Assembly: GCA_965645245.1 (NCBI GenBank)
Contig: OZ287075.1
Coordinates: 868,001 to 932,000, forward strand
Reading direction: 5' to 3'
Origin: Massalongia carnosa
Lineage: Eukaryota
Length of the DNA stretch: 64,000 bases
Position 1 is the stretch's first letter, and each line of letters begins with the position of its first letter. The position numbers and the translations under genes are program-made. Shown in pieces: positions 13,035-26,686 of the stretch. The notes under the pieces were generated by a model. That model was not told the origin of the DNA and did not search any database. It saw only the letters and a program-made list of their open reading frames with translations.

Positions 13035-13735
13035 TCTTGAGGATTCAAGTTGCTTTTCAAACCGTTGTCTTGCCCTTCTTCGAACACCCTTTGCACTTAG
13101 CACAAGATTATATTTAGTTGCACAATAACGAATGAACAGCGGAGAATACAGCTTGACGAGTTTTGAAATTAAGGCTTCAGTGTTATGAGGACTTTCAGAA
13201 AATTAGGAAAGGTGAACCGTTGTGCTGGGATGCTATCCGACCATTTAACCAGTCAAGGCGTCCACGAGTATCCAAACGCAGTCAGATTCTCACAGATAGT
13301 CGATGGTGCAACTTTTGAGACGATGCAAATGCCTAGTCCTTACCAGCAGAGACGTATGTGTTCACGGAGAAGAAAGAGAAGATGAAGAAAAGAGTGGCTG
13401 GATGTGTAGTAAAGTAAGCTAATATTAGCAAGGCACCGAATGGATGAGTCAACTTGCCCTGAAAAGCTAGTAATTAGTAGTTAGGGCGTACTCGTGCCTG
13501 TTAGTGCTATGTATAATTCGGCCAACCGGCTACAGTTTACCGAAACGGCTTAACTACATATTAGTTTGGAGGAGTTCTCTGTACATTAATTTAAATCCTG
13601 CATTTTCTCACTCCTGTTCAAGTTTGCTCTGAATGTAATCCAAACCCTCCTTGTTTCTGAGTGTTCTCGAGATATACTGATTCATTTCTGCGCAGAGGCT
13701 AGACAAGGACACGTGTGCGCTTCATTTCTCCAAAT

Positions 13736-14220
13736 ATGCTTCAGTTATCTTTGAGAGCATCCGTAAGACTTCCTGACCTTTCCTATAATATATAATTTCA
13801 ACTAATAAAAGCAGCGTCTTGCACTTCCTCGCCGGTCCCAGACCTATATAGTGGGCTCCAAAAGGACCTTCGTAACAATTACACCAACTCATCGAGGTTG
13901 GTGGCCTGTTGGAGTACTAGCTGCGGGTCTGTGACTGACATTACCTGGTAGCTGATCTCGTCCAAGAGTTGTATCTTAAAGAGCTCAAGGCGTACAAACC
14001 TAACCCTACCAAGCACTCTGATTCCGAGGGACACGTCCAAAAATTCTCCGCACCGAAACCTCCTCGATCACCAGAAGAAAGTGATATGGCGAATGAATTG
14101 AAAACATATGAAGCTCAACAAGTAGAAGTGGAAGGACAGGTAACAGGTGCAGAGGCAAGCGTAGCAAACGACGATTGGTTCGAGGACGACGAGGAAGAAG
14201 ATCCGCCTGTAGCTCATTAA
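13736..14220 (+). CDS. ATP14: Mitochondrial ATP synthase subunit h; 3 exons (13736-13762, 13815-13896, 13952-14220)
   Basis: Spliced product MLQLSLRAS-RLALPRR...HR-ADLVQELYLKELKAYKP...GHVQKFSAPKPPRSPEE with acidic DWFEDDEEE tail; basic presequence; canonical introns. Confidence 0.85.
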
Positions 14221-14784
14221 AGATTTCTACAACTCTATTGGCATTCGTCTGCCGTTTGTACATTCTAAAATATTCATGCAGTCCACTTATAATCCTCCTC
14301 GCAGAGCTTTCATTCCATGCCACTGATCCGTCGCCTATTCTTTCCGTATTTAACTCAATCTAGAAAATACCCATGGTATTACGTATCAAGTGAGTACCTG
14401 AACATTAAATATGAGGCTGGTATCCATCCCACGTCACCGCCATTGATATGGGTTTCGTTCTTGATTAGGCTACCTAAGCAGACTGTAAATCAATTTGGTT
14501 CACCCAACAAGAATTGGATTCAGGTGTGATTCACTTTCCGAGGATAAGTAGTTGCCTAAGTACTTTAGTGTAAGATTTTCCCCGCTTTCGGATTCCACTA
14601 CGCTTTTGGACAATCGTCATTGTTCATTTAGGTACCGAGTACACAACATTACGTCAAGTTCACTGGGTTTTAGAACTGTAATTATATTTTCGAGGACATC
14701 CTGCTTGTTCTCGAGAGTCATGTTGGCTTGCCTGACTTCGTTCAACCTATATACTTCTGGACTTTGAGCTAATATAAACTCAAA

Positions 14785-15944
14785 ATGGCTATTGCTCCAA
14801 CCGACGTTGCCAAGGGGGATTGGTTGGATTCCGCAGCAGTTTCCGGTGCTCAGAAACAAGATGATAACATCCCCTCTTCAGCAGCAACGTTACGATTGGG
14901 TGCTCTCCCTTCGGTGAGAGCTCATATTGGGCTCAAGCCAGCCGTATCAATTGATCATGATCATGAGGGTCTTGAGCATCAGAATCTGGCGTGGAGTCGT
15001 GTTAGGCTGGCGTTGCGTGAACCATTTGCTGAGTTCTTCGGGACCTTCATCATGGTCTTATTCGGAAACGGTAGCGTAGCACAAGTCCTGCTAAGCGCAG
15101 GTCAACCAAGCTCTCCAGGTAAGGCTGGCAGTGGGAATTATCAATCAATCTCCTGGGGGTAGGTTCGCTGTGCAACAGGAGCAATGAAACCGCTGATCTG
15201 TTATGCAGCTGGGGCCTAGGCGTGATGTTAGGAATATATGTTGCTGGGGATTCTGGTGGCTTTTTGAACCCAGCGGTTACTCTATGCTTTTGTCTCTACC
15301 GCAAGTTACCATGGCGACGATTCCCAGTGTATTTTGTTGCACAATTCTTAGGAGGGTTTTGTGCGGCCGGCGTCGTTTACGCAAACTATGTCAATGCGAT
15401 CAATGCGTATGAAGGTCAAGGCATTCGTACAGTTCCGCCATCGACGACCGCAACCGCAGGCCTGTTCTGCACTTATCCGCAAGCGTTCATGACAAAGACG
15501 AGCCAGTTTTTCTCCGAGTTCATCACCAGTTCGATCCTGATGTTTGTGATATTTGCACTCAAGGATGACTCCAATCCTGGGGCGATGGGTAAAAGCGGAG
15601 CAGGGCCAATATTCCCCCTGGCATTGTTCTTCCTGATATTTGGCTTGGGAGCGTGCTTCGGATGGGAAACCGGATATGCCATTAATCTTGCCCGAGATTT
15701 TGGGCCGCGCCTAATGTCATACACTGTCGGCTACGGCCACGAAGTTTGGTCGGCTGGGGGCTATTACTTTTGGATTCCCATGGTTGCGCCTTTCCTTGGA
15801 TGCGCTTTCGGTGGGCTCCTATACGATATGTTCATTTACACAGGCCCTCAGAGTCCGATAAATACCCCCTGGCTAGGCCTAAAGCGGGTTTTGCGGCCTG
15901 ATTTATCATTCCAGGAGTATCAAGGCTCGAGAGGCGTAGTTTAG
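14785..15944 (+). CDS. Aquaglyceroporin (MIP family); 2 exons (14785-15158, 15209-15944)
   Basis: REPFAEFFGT, SGGFLNPA and GYAINLARDFGPR motifs; intron 15159-15208 joins ISWG-WGLG. Confidence 0.93.
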
Positions 15945-16842
15945 GTGGTAGTTGACGGTAAGGCGTTGGTGTGCCGATGAGGATTTATGATAAGGCGAGA
16001 GACAATTGCGGAGAAATCTTGGACAAGAGTGATTGCAGATACTATGGCCGAACCGTGGTATATGAACGATAAGATTCACTCCTGAGTGCTCAGGTCCTCC
16101 GATTTCAAGTGACAAAGGCGTAGCGTGGTGGGTGGGCGTTTTTGGTCATGTTCCATTTAATCCCATGTGCATTTCATAGGGTAAGAGTGTGATCTAATTA
16201 TGGTAATCAGTCGTGGTCAAACTCTGAAAAACCCTACTCTACGCCACCGATCAGACTCTCCTTGTGCTGACTCATCTTTGGGAATGTACCAAGTGGCTGA
16301 AAGGGTTGGGGCGGCACAGCGGCAACGGCGTTACGGCACGAAGTCCCTCCATAAACAGGGGTCCCCTCAAATCAATTACACTTGTAGCTATTTCGGATTT
16401 CGTCGCATGTACTTTGGACTGAGACGCTATACATACTATATCAATCATTTATTCAACTATCTTATAGCGTGGAGAATTTATCCAGTCATTCACTTATTCT
16501 CTTCTTGCTGCAGATCTTGGGTTCCATGAAAGCCAAGACTTCTTTCGCCCAACCCAATTTTTCACAAAGGTCAATCTTACAGAGTATCCGCTTTGCCTTT
16601 AGGATTTCGATATCCGAAATCAATGAGTCTTTCGTTACACCGTTGCTATACGTGCTAATTTCTCCACAACTTGTTCTGGAGCACCAAGAATCTAGTCCTT
16701 AAGAGCATAGTTGAGAAAAGCTCTAGAGATACTGCACTTTGTGTGTAGAAGAGGGACATTCATCACTTTACAACCGAAGGTTGCTGGTAGATTCCCGTTG
16801 TGCCCGTGGCTCTCGACCCTGGCTGGTGCTTGCCAATGTGCA

Positions 16843-19800
16843 ATGCCGAAAACGGGCCCTGCTGTAGCTTCTAGCAGATCAAGTCCTGGCAACAGCGCGG
16901 GTATCCCTCGATCTGCAAGTTGTGATCAAATCGCTATCGCTACACTTTCTAACGGCTCATCCGAGACCCATTTCGTCAAACGATCTCATTCACAGAACGC
17001 CTTGGCATTTCCGCCGGGGGATGTCTTGCGTCATTCTCCTGCCCGGCAGGAGTCAGATATCAAAGAAAGCGCTCTGAGAAAACAGCTGTCCATTCGTTCA
17101 AGTTCCAAGCCGAAAATCGCCATCTCAAAATATACGCTTGCTACACAGCTTGAGGAGAGCAATGTGGCCGGTGATGGAGGCTTTTCATCGGGCCCTGACA
17201 TCAAGACGAGGTCTGTCTCCGGATCCCTTTCAAGCTTTGCAAAAAAATCGTGGCACACAGCTTCAAGGTCCCCTTCCCCTCAACCCAGGTCTGCTCTGGC
17301 TGGAAGTCATCTGGCGACCAAGCCAACGGCGAACTTTTCAAGACCGTCCCAAACATTTCCGCCTAGCAATCATGAAGAATATAGTAGAAGATTGAACAAC
17401 GGCGATGCAAGCCACTCGCTGAATAAAAGCTTCGCTATCGGTAAGAAATCACGGCGACCCCTTAGCGCCTTTCTTGGAAAAGTTTCCTCAGAGCCAAAAG
17501 TCCCTTCAGTCCCCTCCATTCCAAAATCCTTTTCCACCGACCAGTTAATGTCAATACCTCATGTACACGCCTCTTCAGATATCCTCCCTACAATTCCGAA
17601 GTCTATGTCATTTGATCGACTGCACGTGCTAGGTGTTGAGTCCTTGCGGAGACGGGATGAATTGTGGAGTGCGTTCCGAGCTCTGGATGGCGAGTTCCAC
17701 AAGTAAGATAATTATTTCAGGAGAGGCCTCTCGAGCGAGATTTGTAGTTGTATTATTTTGTTCTAACTGTTTACTGTGTAGATTTCAATCGCGCCCTAAC
17801 ATTGCCAAGGCTGGAGTTGTTCGTTCAGCGCTTTTGCCATTCTTACGAGATAATGCCGAGCATCCATCAAATACCCTTCTGAGACCGGAAGAATTGGACC
17901 GACGTATTCAAGTTCTTAATCGCTGGTGGACTGGTCTGCTAGAGCTGCTCAATGGAAAAAACGGCGAATGTGTTTCTGGGAACGATAGACCAGCCATACT
18001 TGAAGCTGCCGCAGCTATCATGGTCAGACCTGAATGGGATTCACCTTCTCCTACGTCCATGGCTCGGTCAATTATGACCCTTCGACCGTCACTCAAATCT
18101 AGATCTACAACATCACTAGGATCTACTGCATCCGAGTTTCTCGCTGATTCTGTATACCATAATATCAAACACACCTATGCACAGAACCTCATAGCACAAA
18201 TGTCATATGTCGTGGATAAAATGTCTACCAGAAACGTACCAACTAGCGTGGTAACATTTTGCGGCAAAGCCATTGCCTATGCTTTCTTCTACTGTGATGG
18301 TGTTGCTGAGATATTGGTTAGGTCTTGGGCAACATCTGCTGAGACGCTGCGACGTGTTCTAGCTGAAAATGACATAAGGCGGGATGCCGATTTGAAACAA
18401 GCATCTGAAAAGATAATAACAAGGTTTCCCTCTTGTTTGCATGGACTATCCTTCACGTCATTACAATCAATGATGAGATACCTGCGGAGCCAGCCTCAAC
18501 TGCCTATCGCCACTAGATGCATTGCATTGCATAGATCCTGGGTTGGAAGGTGGATTGGAAGAGATACCGATCTTTTCTTCGTTTTTGTAAAATCCTATTA
18601 TAGCTTGGTTGGTCGACTGTTGCCAGAGGATCATACTCAAGAAGATAGAATATGTACCCCTGCTTATGCCTTAGTACAAGCTCAAATACTCACAATAATG
18701 GACACGACGATGCAGCACACAAGCAACCAGCCTTATCTGGAACATACGAAGGGATCGTCTCTCTTGACATTTGATGATATTCTTGGAGAGCCTGATGTAT
18801 CTGCAACTTTACTACCAATCCCTACCACTAACATGGTCCGATCTATGGCTGAGAATCGTCTTATAATGCTCCTGAGAGATTTCTTGTCAGGGCCTCATTC
18901 AGCGGTGGAACAGGATAGAGAGATTTTTGCACACTCGTTTCAAATTCTGCTCAGAGCCGCGACTCGACGAATATCTGTATTTGATCACAACGCATGCTTC
19001 ACGTTGTGCGACTTCATGGAGGAGGCAATCGTAATAATCGACCGTTATTGCCAGACCTCAACCCCCCAGACCTTTGAGCTGGACTGGCAATTTTGGCTTG
19101 AGGTATTGCGAAAATTGACGGAAAGCCAAAATACGATGACGGAGATCCGACTATATGCTTTATTATATAGTTTATGGGGCACAATCACTTCGGAGGAAAG
19201 CAGGAAGTATGAGATCTGCATCGGGTGGCTTCTACAAGCAAATTTCTTTCAGGGACAATTTAGCCACTGGTGTCCTATGGTGAGGGCATATTTTATGCGA
19301 CTGCTTTGCTGGAGAGTTGCTAGAATTGACGGCAAAGGCTCGGAACTAGACAGGTATGAACGTTGTTGCACTTTCGAACACTAAGCTGACGATCCCGCAG
19401 AATGATTTTGAAGACCCTGGCACTTCAGATTGAACGTGGTTGGTGTTACTACCTCTACCTGAAGAGGCTTGGTGAGAGTAAAGGACTTGTAGCGCCGTCA
19501 ACAATACCATGCAGCCCCGCCCCGGGCCGACGGCTTCTAATTGTACAGGATGATTTACAGGCCATTTCGAATGGAATGTTTCTTTCCTTTGATAACATGC
19601 TGTTACATTCATTGTCAACTCAAGCAACAGCGTACGAAAGGCATAGTTCGCTGAACTCGCTGACCCAAGAAGGTTTTTCGTCACCTACCCAGACGTTAGA
19701 AGATACAGCTCGACCTGCGAGTATGGCCAAGAGGAGATGGGGATTGCTCAAGAACATACTTCCTTTCGCCAGCGGGTCCACGGATCGTCCTCAGACAAAC

Positions 19801-20280
19801 CTGCCGGCTCCTAACCCGTCGCTTTCCAAACAAACCCCATGGAAAGGGACTTCTCAACGTGTATCAACAGAAGATAAGTTAAGATCAGATCGCATTAATA
19901 AAAAGTCCTCTCAGATGATTACGGGGCCGGCGCAAACAAAGCCTTCGTTTCGAAGCCACTCTTTCAAGTTTTCCTTGGAGTGGATTGACAAGGACCACAA
20001 AGAGGTGGAAAATGGACTGCAGCTGCAGCCGCCGAAACTCCCTGTAGCTGCTCAGATGCTCTTAGACACTGTCCGATGTGAGACGCGAGAGTATGAGCCT
20101 ATAAAGCCGGAAGGTATAACCAGAGGCCCAAGCAAATACGCCGGGAGAGCGCTTGCGGAGTGGTCTGAAATAATCATGGAGTGCCAAGTCTTCTTCGAGA
20201 GACGGAGACAGGAGGGAGTTCCGCTGAGCTCAAAGGTTGAAACTCCTACATTGGGAGTGGAGTCATTTCGAAAATTTTGA
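16843..20280 (+). CDS. DUF1765-family protein; 3 exons (16843-17702, 17782-19353, 19401-20280)
   Basis: LDRRIQVLNRWWTGLLELL, HWCPMVRAYFMRLLCWRVAR and KYAGRALAEW motifs recognised as DUF1765-like; GT-AG introns join the three ORFs; start codon uncertain. Confidence 0.8.
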
Positions 20281-20791
20281 TAACATAAAGTCTAGCTCTC
20301 ATACAAAACTGAGTTCAGGAAATAAACAGGTAAACGTAATTATTAATATATAATTTTATATATAATAAAGACGTTTATGAGATTATGACGACTAGACAAA
20401 TAGACAAAAGACAAAAGAACAAGGACAAGAAAACTTCCAATAATGTCTAATCTTATCAATGACGATCAAATAATATTTACATTCGAGGAAAAAACAGAAA
20501 TATCTTAACAGAAATTATTTCTATTCGATTTTTCTTTTAATTCCAAAAACATAGAGGACATTTTTTTATTATAAATCTTCTTACTTACGCCACGCAACGG
20601 GTTGAATTAAACCCGTCGAATTTGAATCGAATTCGAGTTATTTATGCGGGTCAACGGGTTAAATCGTTTAACTCGATTAGTTTTTTTTGCCAATTAAATC
20701 TGAAAATTCGATATTAATATGACGTTTAAAATTGTTGAAATAGGTATATAACTATAGTTATATAGCTATGTAATAATAAAGGTTTGTATGA

Positions 20792-20945
20792 CTACGCCGC
20801 GCAACGGGTTGGGTTTTCACCACAAAATTGCTTTTTCGCCACCGGATTTTTCTTTTAAAACTCAACCCAGACACCAAAAATCATAGTGTTCGCCACAAAC
20901 TGGTTGGGTTTTCAGTAGAGAAACCCGACCCGTTGCGCGGCGTAG
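20792..20945. mobile_element. MITE, 154 bp, ~25-bp TIRs
   Basis: CTACGCCGCGCAACGGGTTGGGTTT ... AAACCCGACCCGTTGCGCGGCGTAG; no clear TSD. Confidence 0.7.
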
Positions 20946-21886
20946 GGGCCTCGAGGGTGCGCTCATGAAATTAAAGAGAAGGGGAGCTCAGGATACGGGG
21001 TTCATCTAGACTTTTCAAGGCTGCAGCTTACTTCTGACGAATGACGTCGAGTACTATTTTCGGATTGAATTGGACGATGCCGGTAGTCCTGAATGCATGA
21101 CGAAAAGCGGATAATTTGAATATCTTGTTGCGAGAAGTAATGTAGTCACGATTATCCGGATCAGTCATACGAAGAGGCTTTCGTAGGTCTAAGGTGATTA
21201 CTATTTAAGCTCGTCCGTATCTAATTCGAAAGCCTGTTTCGTCTATATTCCATAAATCCAGCTCCGTTTTTTCCTTTTCCCTCATCACCCTTTCTAATTT
21301 CTGAAATATTCAACCATACCGTTACCGTCGTGACTATTTTCTCGATCGACCGCGAGAGGCTTCTGTTATCGTATATGAAACTCGGGATTTCGATCAAGAA
21401 ATCGCTCCAGCCACTGATAACCAAGAGTACGATTCTTAAAACGAATCAGATAATTTGCAGCCTCCACGATCGGTTTGGGTCGCGCACATATATTAGCCTT
21501 GTCTAATCGCTCGATGTAGTCAAGAACAGCTTGTTCTTAATTATCCGTCTGAGCTTTTTTTGTTGAGGTACACACGGTGATAAAACGATTAGGAGATATC
21601 GCAGTTAGCATTAACTCAGTAGCTTATCAAGCAAATGAAGCATTACGCTTTTGCCTCTTGTCGTCATGACTCGTTTAGGACTACTATAGAAGTATAAAGA
21701 CGAGCTTAGCTTAGTTTAAATCAAAAATCCTTTTTATACACTAATATTTTTAGTACTAGGTTTATTGCTTTCGGAGTTGTCTCTAATCCATCGTTTTTAA
21801 ACAGTACGAGGGGCTGCAGCTCGACAATTAGTATAAAAACCATCGTGTAACGCGTCAATTGCACTGTCAATTTAACCCTCGATAGC

Positions 21887-22297
21887 TGTTGAATATTCAA
21901 CTTCTACCAGCATTGCCTAGCCGATAGATTAGATAAGATCTAATCTAATCTAATCGCATAGAGGCTCGGATAAACTATTATCATCTTGCTTAGCAGAGGT
22001 GACCAATATAAAAGAAACAGATTGCTCTGCACTCCGTAGCAACTCTGCATCCTTAACATCGTAGTCGTACAGGCCCTATCTTTACATAGTCATATATGTA
22101 ACGGTTCGACCAAGCGTGGTGCGGACGGCAGGACCTACAGCGAACATAGCATGAGTCCCAATTATAGTAGAATAGAGCTTGGTCTGCGGACTAAGTATTG
22201 TGCCTTTTGCTCGGGAAGGACAGGTGGCGCAATGGTAGAAATCTATTCACTATCTCGCTTCGTCACAATATAGCCATAGTCATAGACCTATTCAACA
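21887..22297. mobile_element. Solo LTR (family B, ~235 bp net)
   Basis: TGTTGAAT...ATTCAACA termini; TSD ATAGC; inverted copy at 54850-55085. Confidence 0.85.
22097..22267. mobile_element. Solo LTR (family C, 171 bp) nested in the family B LTR
   Basis: TGTAACG...CGTCACA termini; TSD ATATA; second copy at 55197-55358. Confidence 0.85.
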
Positions 22298-22505
22298 ATA
22301 GCTGAATGTGAATTTACTATTGTGTTATTGATTGTTGACATGTTAAAATTACGGTGTAAAATGTTGAAAATGTGTCTTTGAGCCGGTAAATACTAAGGGG
22401 TGCTCTCTGTAGTCCGAAAGTAGTCTAGTACCATTAACCCGTTTGACTCGTTTAACTAGAGGAATTTTTTATATTATTTTTAAAGATATTTTTTATATGT
22501 TTTAA

Positions 22506-23536
22506 TGTAAGGGGCTACGAGACCAGTAAGCTAATCACGAGCGACACTGATCTCGAAAGGGGAAATGCTCAGCGTGAGAGGAGGAAGATAGCTACTACGT
22601 GCTAGTCTCCGAGAGTATATGTGATCCAAAGAACTATTGGATGTGGAAGTGCTTGGACTAAGAGATCTCTTCCGAGACCCAAACGTAGGTTGTTCCTAGA
22701 ATAAAGACTAATTGCTAACGAATAGTACAAGATTCGTTCTGATATTTATCCTACTCACCCCAAGCCTATAGCCTTGGGAGCCTTGGAACCTTAGGAGCCT
22801 TGCAAGCCTTGGGAGTCTTGCGAGCATTACAGCCTTGCAATCCACATCCGACTTTATCGCATTACATCCAACCATCCCTCAGGATCCATCCACGAACTCG
22901 GCGTTCGCTGGATCATCTAGTCAGCCTCGAGCAGCCTTCTAGATCTTCCCTTGCAAGGTAGAACAATTCTACCCCCGGCTAGATCCCTCACTATATGCCT
23001 CAGGCTATGTAGCTTCATTTCGCCGTCACCACTACCTAGTGATGGAAGGTTACCTCCGACTGAATACCTCGCTACACTGCGGACCTGCCTCTAGACACAA
23101 GGTCTAGACAACGAGGTCATGTAGGTTCATTCAGCCGACATCACTACTAACGTAGTAATAAAGGTTGAAGCTGAAGTTTACACCGGGGAGGCCATACTCA
23201 AGCTGCGTCCAGCGAGCCGTACCTTCTGCTACCTCTCTTGATCTATCAAGAGATCCAGTAGCTCCGAGTAGGCCAGTAAATCCCATTTGGAGTTCCTCGG
23301 CGTCTCCACAGGAGTTCGCCTTACACTCCATGGCAATCTACCACCACGGCCTCGACAGGTGTTTGATCTGTAAGTAGTCAAGAACGTGATTACAATAACT
23401 CCGAAGTTTCGGGGCAAGATGGCAGTGTGTCAGCCTCGACGGCTTATACGACTTGGTACTACGGCATGGTCTACGCTAGTAAATCCCACAACCGCCATAG
23501 GCGATCACGTATCCCTCTAGCGCCATCCGTATTACA
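22506..23536. mobile_element. Long solo LTR (family D, ~1030 bp)
   Basis: TGTAA...ATTACA termini; TSD TTTAA; highly similar copy at 29121-30151. Confidence 0.85.
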
Positions 23537-24334
23537 TTTAAATCTATTTGAATATTCCGAAAATTTCGAAAATTAACCGTCAGGAAATGTTGATTAGTAA
23601 GCAAAATATTTATCAAATTAAACGTCATATTGTCGTCGAATTTCCAAATTTAATTTGCAAAAAAAACTGATCGGGTTGAACGATTACATCCGAAAACCCG
23701 CATGAAATGTCACGATTCTACATAACACGACTTCGATACTCAGACAATGTCGATTACGCCTAGGAAAATCGTAGATAAAACACGCAGACACTTTCGATTT
23801 CGTTACCGCAATTATTAAAAGATTTCATGACGATTATATCATATAAGTACTGATAGGTCCTCCTATTTCTACACTATTAGTCCTTACTACGGAGAAGTCA
23901 AAGGCCTCACCGTGGGGCGATCGTCAAATTTAGAGTTTCTCCCATCTCTTCGCATTAAACAATGCTAGTTTAACCCGTTTACACGCGTCCCAGACGTACG
24001 TATAGAAGAGGTTTCTAAGGCCAACCGCCCGGGGGGTCGCATACGCGCGTCCCTACACCATGCTTTTAAGGGTTCAAGTCCTTTCATACAGTTATCAGCT
24101 AGAAGAAGATATAGACCAAAGGAGCCATATCACCCCCCACCCGTGCACGGTCGATACTCGTTCTAGCTCTAGAGAGTTCAAGTCTCCCCATGCAGTCATT
24201 AGCTAGAATTAACAGAACGCGTACAGGCACCGGGCCGAATGCTGCAACCTCAAGAAAACTCTATCACGGAGCGGAATAACAATATCTCATTTAACAGGCC
24301 CGGCCTGTTAAATAAAATCGAGGAAACAACAGAG

Positions 24335-24490
24335 TTATAAAACACATAATTATAAATCATACAATTATAAAACATACAGTTACAAAGTATATAATCACAA
24401 AGATACAGTCATAAAGCATACAGTCATCAAAAATACAGTTACAAATACATAGTGACAAAACATATAGTCATAAAACATACAGTCACAAAT
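24335..24490. repeat. Degenerate ~15-bp minisatellite (AAACATACAGTCATA-like)
   Basis: About ten imperfect tandem units visible. Confidence 0.6.
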
Positions 24491-25092
24491 CAATAATATG
24501 TCTCTGTGAAGGGGTTCTTCGGGGGCTCGTTAAGGCATATCTATACCCCAGCCAGTGACGAGCAGAAACCTCTACGTGGTGCTGGCTATCAACTCGGCTT
24601 CCTCCGGGGGTTGGAGGCTAATATCTGCTCACAGACGGACCCACAGCTAGGGGAGCAGTTCAGGTAGTAGATAGGTAGAGGACCAACGGGAGGACGGGGT
24701 GAAGGGAGCGGTAGTACTATGTTTTATGCTTGATAGGGACTAATCACACCTACAGACCACCTCTGAGTCGACCGACGAACTTATTTTCATAGGTGGCCTT
24801 GTCACCCACTTGCCTGGACCTCTGAGTCAGCGTCGGACATGTGGTAACTTCTATCTCCCCTTGTCAGAACCGGTTAAACCCCCGACGCACGGCCGAACAG
24901 AGATTTTCGACGCCTGGAAACGACCTATTTTACCTGCCCGCCGGGCGTAAGCGGCGGTCCTATAGGTGGACCTAGGAGAAGGACACGGGGAGAAGGTATA
25001 GTTAGACATTACGGTAAAGAGATAGGTATAAAGTGGAAGGACGCCACCGAGCTAGGATGATCACCTGCCACAGTTCGACTACTGGACACCTA

Positions 25093-26430
25093 CAGTACTA
25101 GGCCAAAAGTCTGCGGCCCCGCACCCCACCAACAATTCACTCATTCTATTCAATCAAAAATCAACCACGTCACGATTGCTGAAATGTCTTGAAACTTTAC
25201 ATAATGATTATATACATACTAAACAGGAATTCCCCTAAAAATTGATTTTTAATATTTAGTATACCATCCTTCCGACGCTATACACGCTTTTATCCTTCTA
25301 TTAATGCTCTCTATTAACCTCCTCATCATTTTCATATCTATCAACGTCTAGGCTTCTTCTAACGCTTTCCAAAATACCTCACGAACAGTTTCATCACTGC
25401 CTATCACCAAATCTATGTTCGGGTTGACTTGATAGACGAGCTTTTTGAGCACATACCAAACGTGCTCGAGGGGATTTAAATCAGATGAATAGGGGGGCCA
25501 ATCGATGACCTCTATGCCGTTCTCATTGAACCATTCCATCACCTTTTTAGCCTTATATATAGGTGCGTTATCCTGCATGAAAATGAGGCCCGGTTGCCAA
25601 ATTCCAAGCAGATTATCGTTCAATAATTCCATATATGAGTTCGCCGAGTACCCCATCGTCTTCGCAGCAAAACCACGAGCCAATTTGTAAAGATCTGACC
25701 TGTCATCTCCCCAAAAAGCTGCCCAGACCATGACACTGACTCCTTTGCCTTTGGGGACAGGTTATATCATCTCTTTATTCCATTTTTCTTTCGGCAATCT
25801 GAACACCCACAGACGCTGTTTTCCTGACCCCTTTTCTACCGAGCACTCATCTGATCATATAACTCTTGAACACTGCTCAAAAGTCCCCTCACGCCGCAGC
25901 AACCACCAATCCAATCATTTCTTGGCAACCTCAGACGTCAATGAAGGTCCTTTTTTAGCCACCCAGTTCGTTAAGCCATACAGTTTGAGTGCCCGACAAA
26001 TAGTCGTACGACTGCAGGCGAGCCCCACTTCTAGTTTGATTTGTGCATAAGTGATTCGCGGATTGATTCATGCATGCTTGATGATATAACGTCGATCGCG
26101 TTCTGACAGCACTTAAGGCCGTCCAGAACGTGATTTAGACACGCCGTCGTTGCGAATTGAGTGCTTCTGAGTGGTGCTCTGCACGATCGATTTATTGAAA
26201 TTAAGAGTCTTCCCAATCTCGGTCGGTGTGTGCCCCAACGCCTGGGCCCCAACAATCATACCATGTTTATATGGCGTCAATTCAGTATTGAGAGGCCAAT
26301 TACCACTTATAGGGGTCAAAGTAGCACGAAGCATGGTGAAATGATGAGGTGGAAGATGGGGGGTTGATGAGTTGAAAACGCGAAATCACGAAAATCACGG
26401 GTTCGGCCGCAGACTTTTGGCACGGGACTG
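25093..26430 (-). mobile_element. Tc1/mariner (DD34E) transposon with pseudogenised transposase (~26334-25250)
   Basis: 26-bp imperfect TIRs ending GCCAAAAGTCTGCGGCC; TA on both sides; HTH region and RSGRP; FMQDNAP...WPPYSSDLNPLE with 34-residue D-E spacing; frameshifts and stops. Confidence 0.9.
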
Positions 26431-26437
26431 TAGATAA

Positions 26438-26686
26438 TAGATGGTCAAAAGCTGGTCAAAAGCTGGTCAAAAGTTGGTCTGGACGATAGATAAAAGGTGA
26501 TCTGGGTGATGAACAAAAGTTGGCCTGACAGGTGAAAAAAAGGTTATTAGTGGTAGACAAAAGATGGTCTGGGTGATGATCAGAAGTTGGTCAAGACGAT
26601 GAAAAAAAGATAATATGGGCGATGGACAAAAGATAATGTGGACGATTGACAAAATATGATCTGAAAGGTAGACAAAAGATGATCTG
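26438..26686. repeat. Degenerate 11/22-bp minisatellite (GACAAAAGATGGTCTGGACGAT-like)
   Basis: About ten imperfect tandem units. Confidence 0.6.

Larger units (their letters stand above)
21130..22430 (-). pseudogene. Fot1/pogo-type transposase relic interrupted by solo LTRs
   Basis: Minus-strand translation LWNIDETGFRIRYGRA*IVIT...MTDPDNRDYITS (~21140-21260); degenerate N-terminal HTH-like region near 21780-21885; boundaries approximate. Confidence 0.65.
20586..23760. mobile_element. Degenerate DNA-transposon shell (hAT-like) enclosing younger insertions
   Basis: ~20640-20735 is an inverted, diverged copy of ~23612-23706; CGGGTT/AACCCG-rich subterminal motifs; left end resembles the MITE TIR at 20792. 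Confidence 0.4.

Noticed and set aside
13035..13103. N-terminal extension of TFIIB given by the ORF track
   Set aside because: Begins at a non-ATG codon; the first in-frame ATG is at 13034
26438..26686. CRISPR-like array (also 24335-24490)
   Set aside because: Contiguous degenerate tandem units with no unique spacers, eukaryotic context, no cas genes
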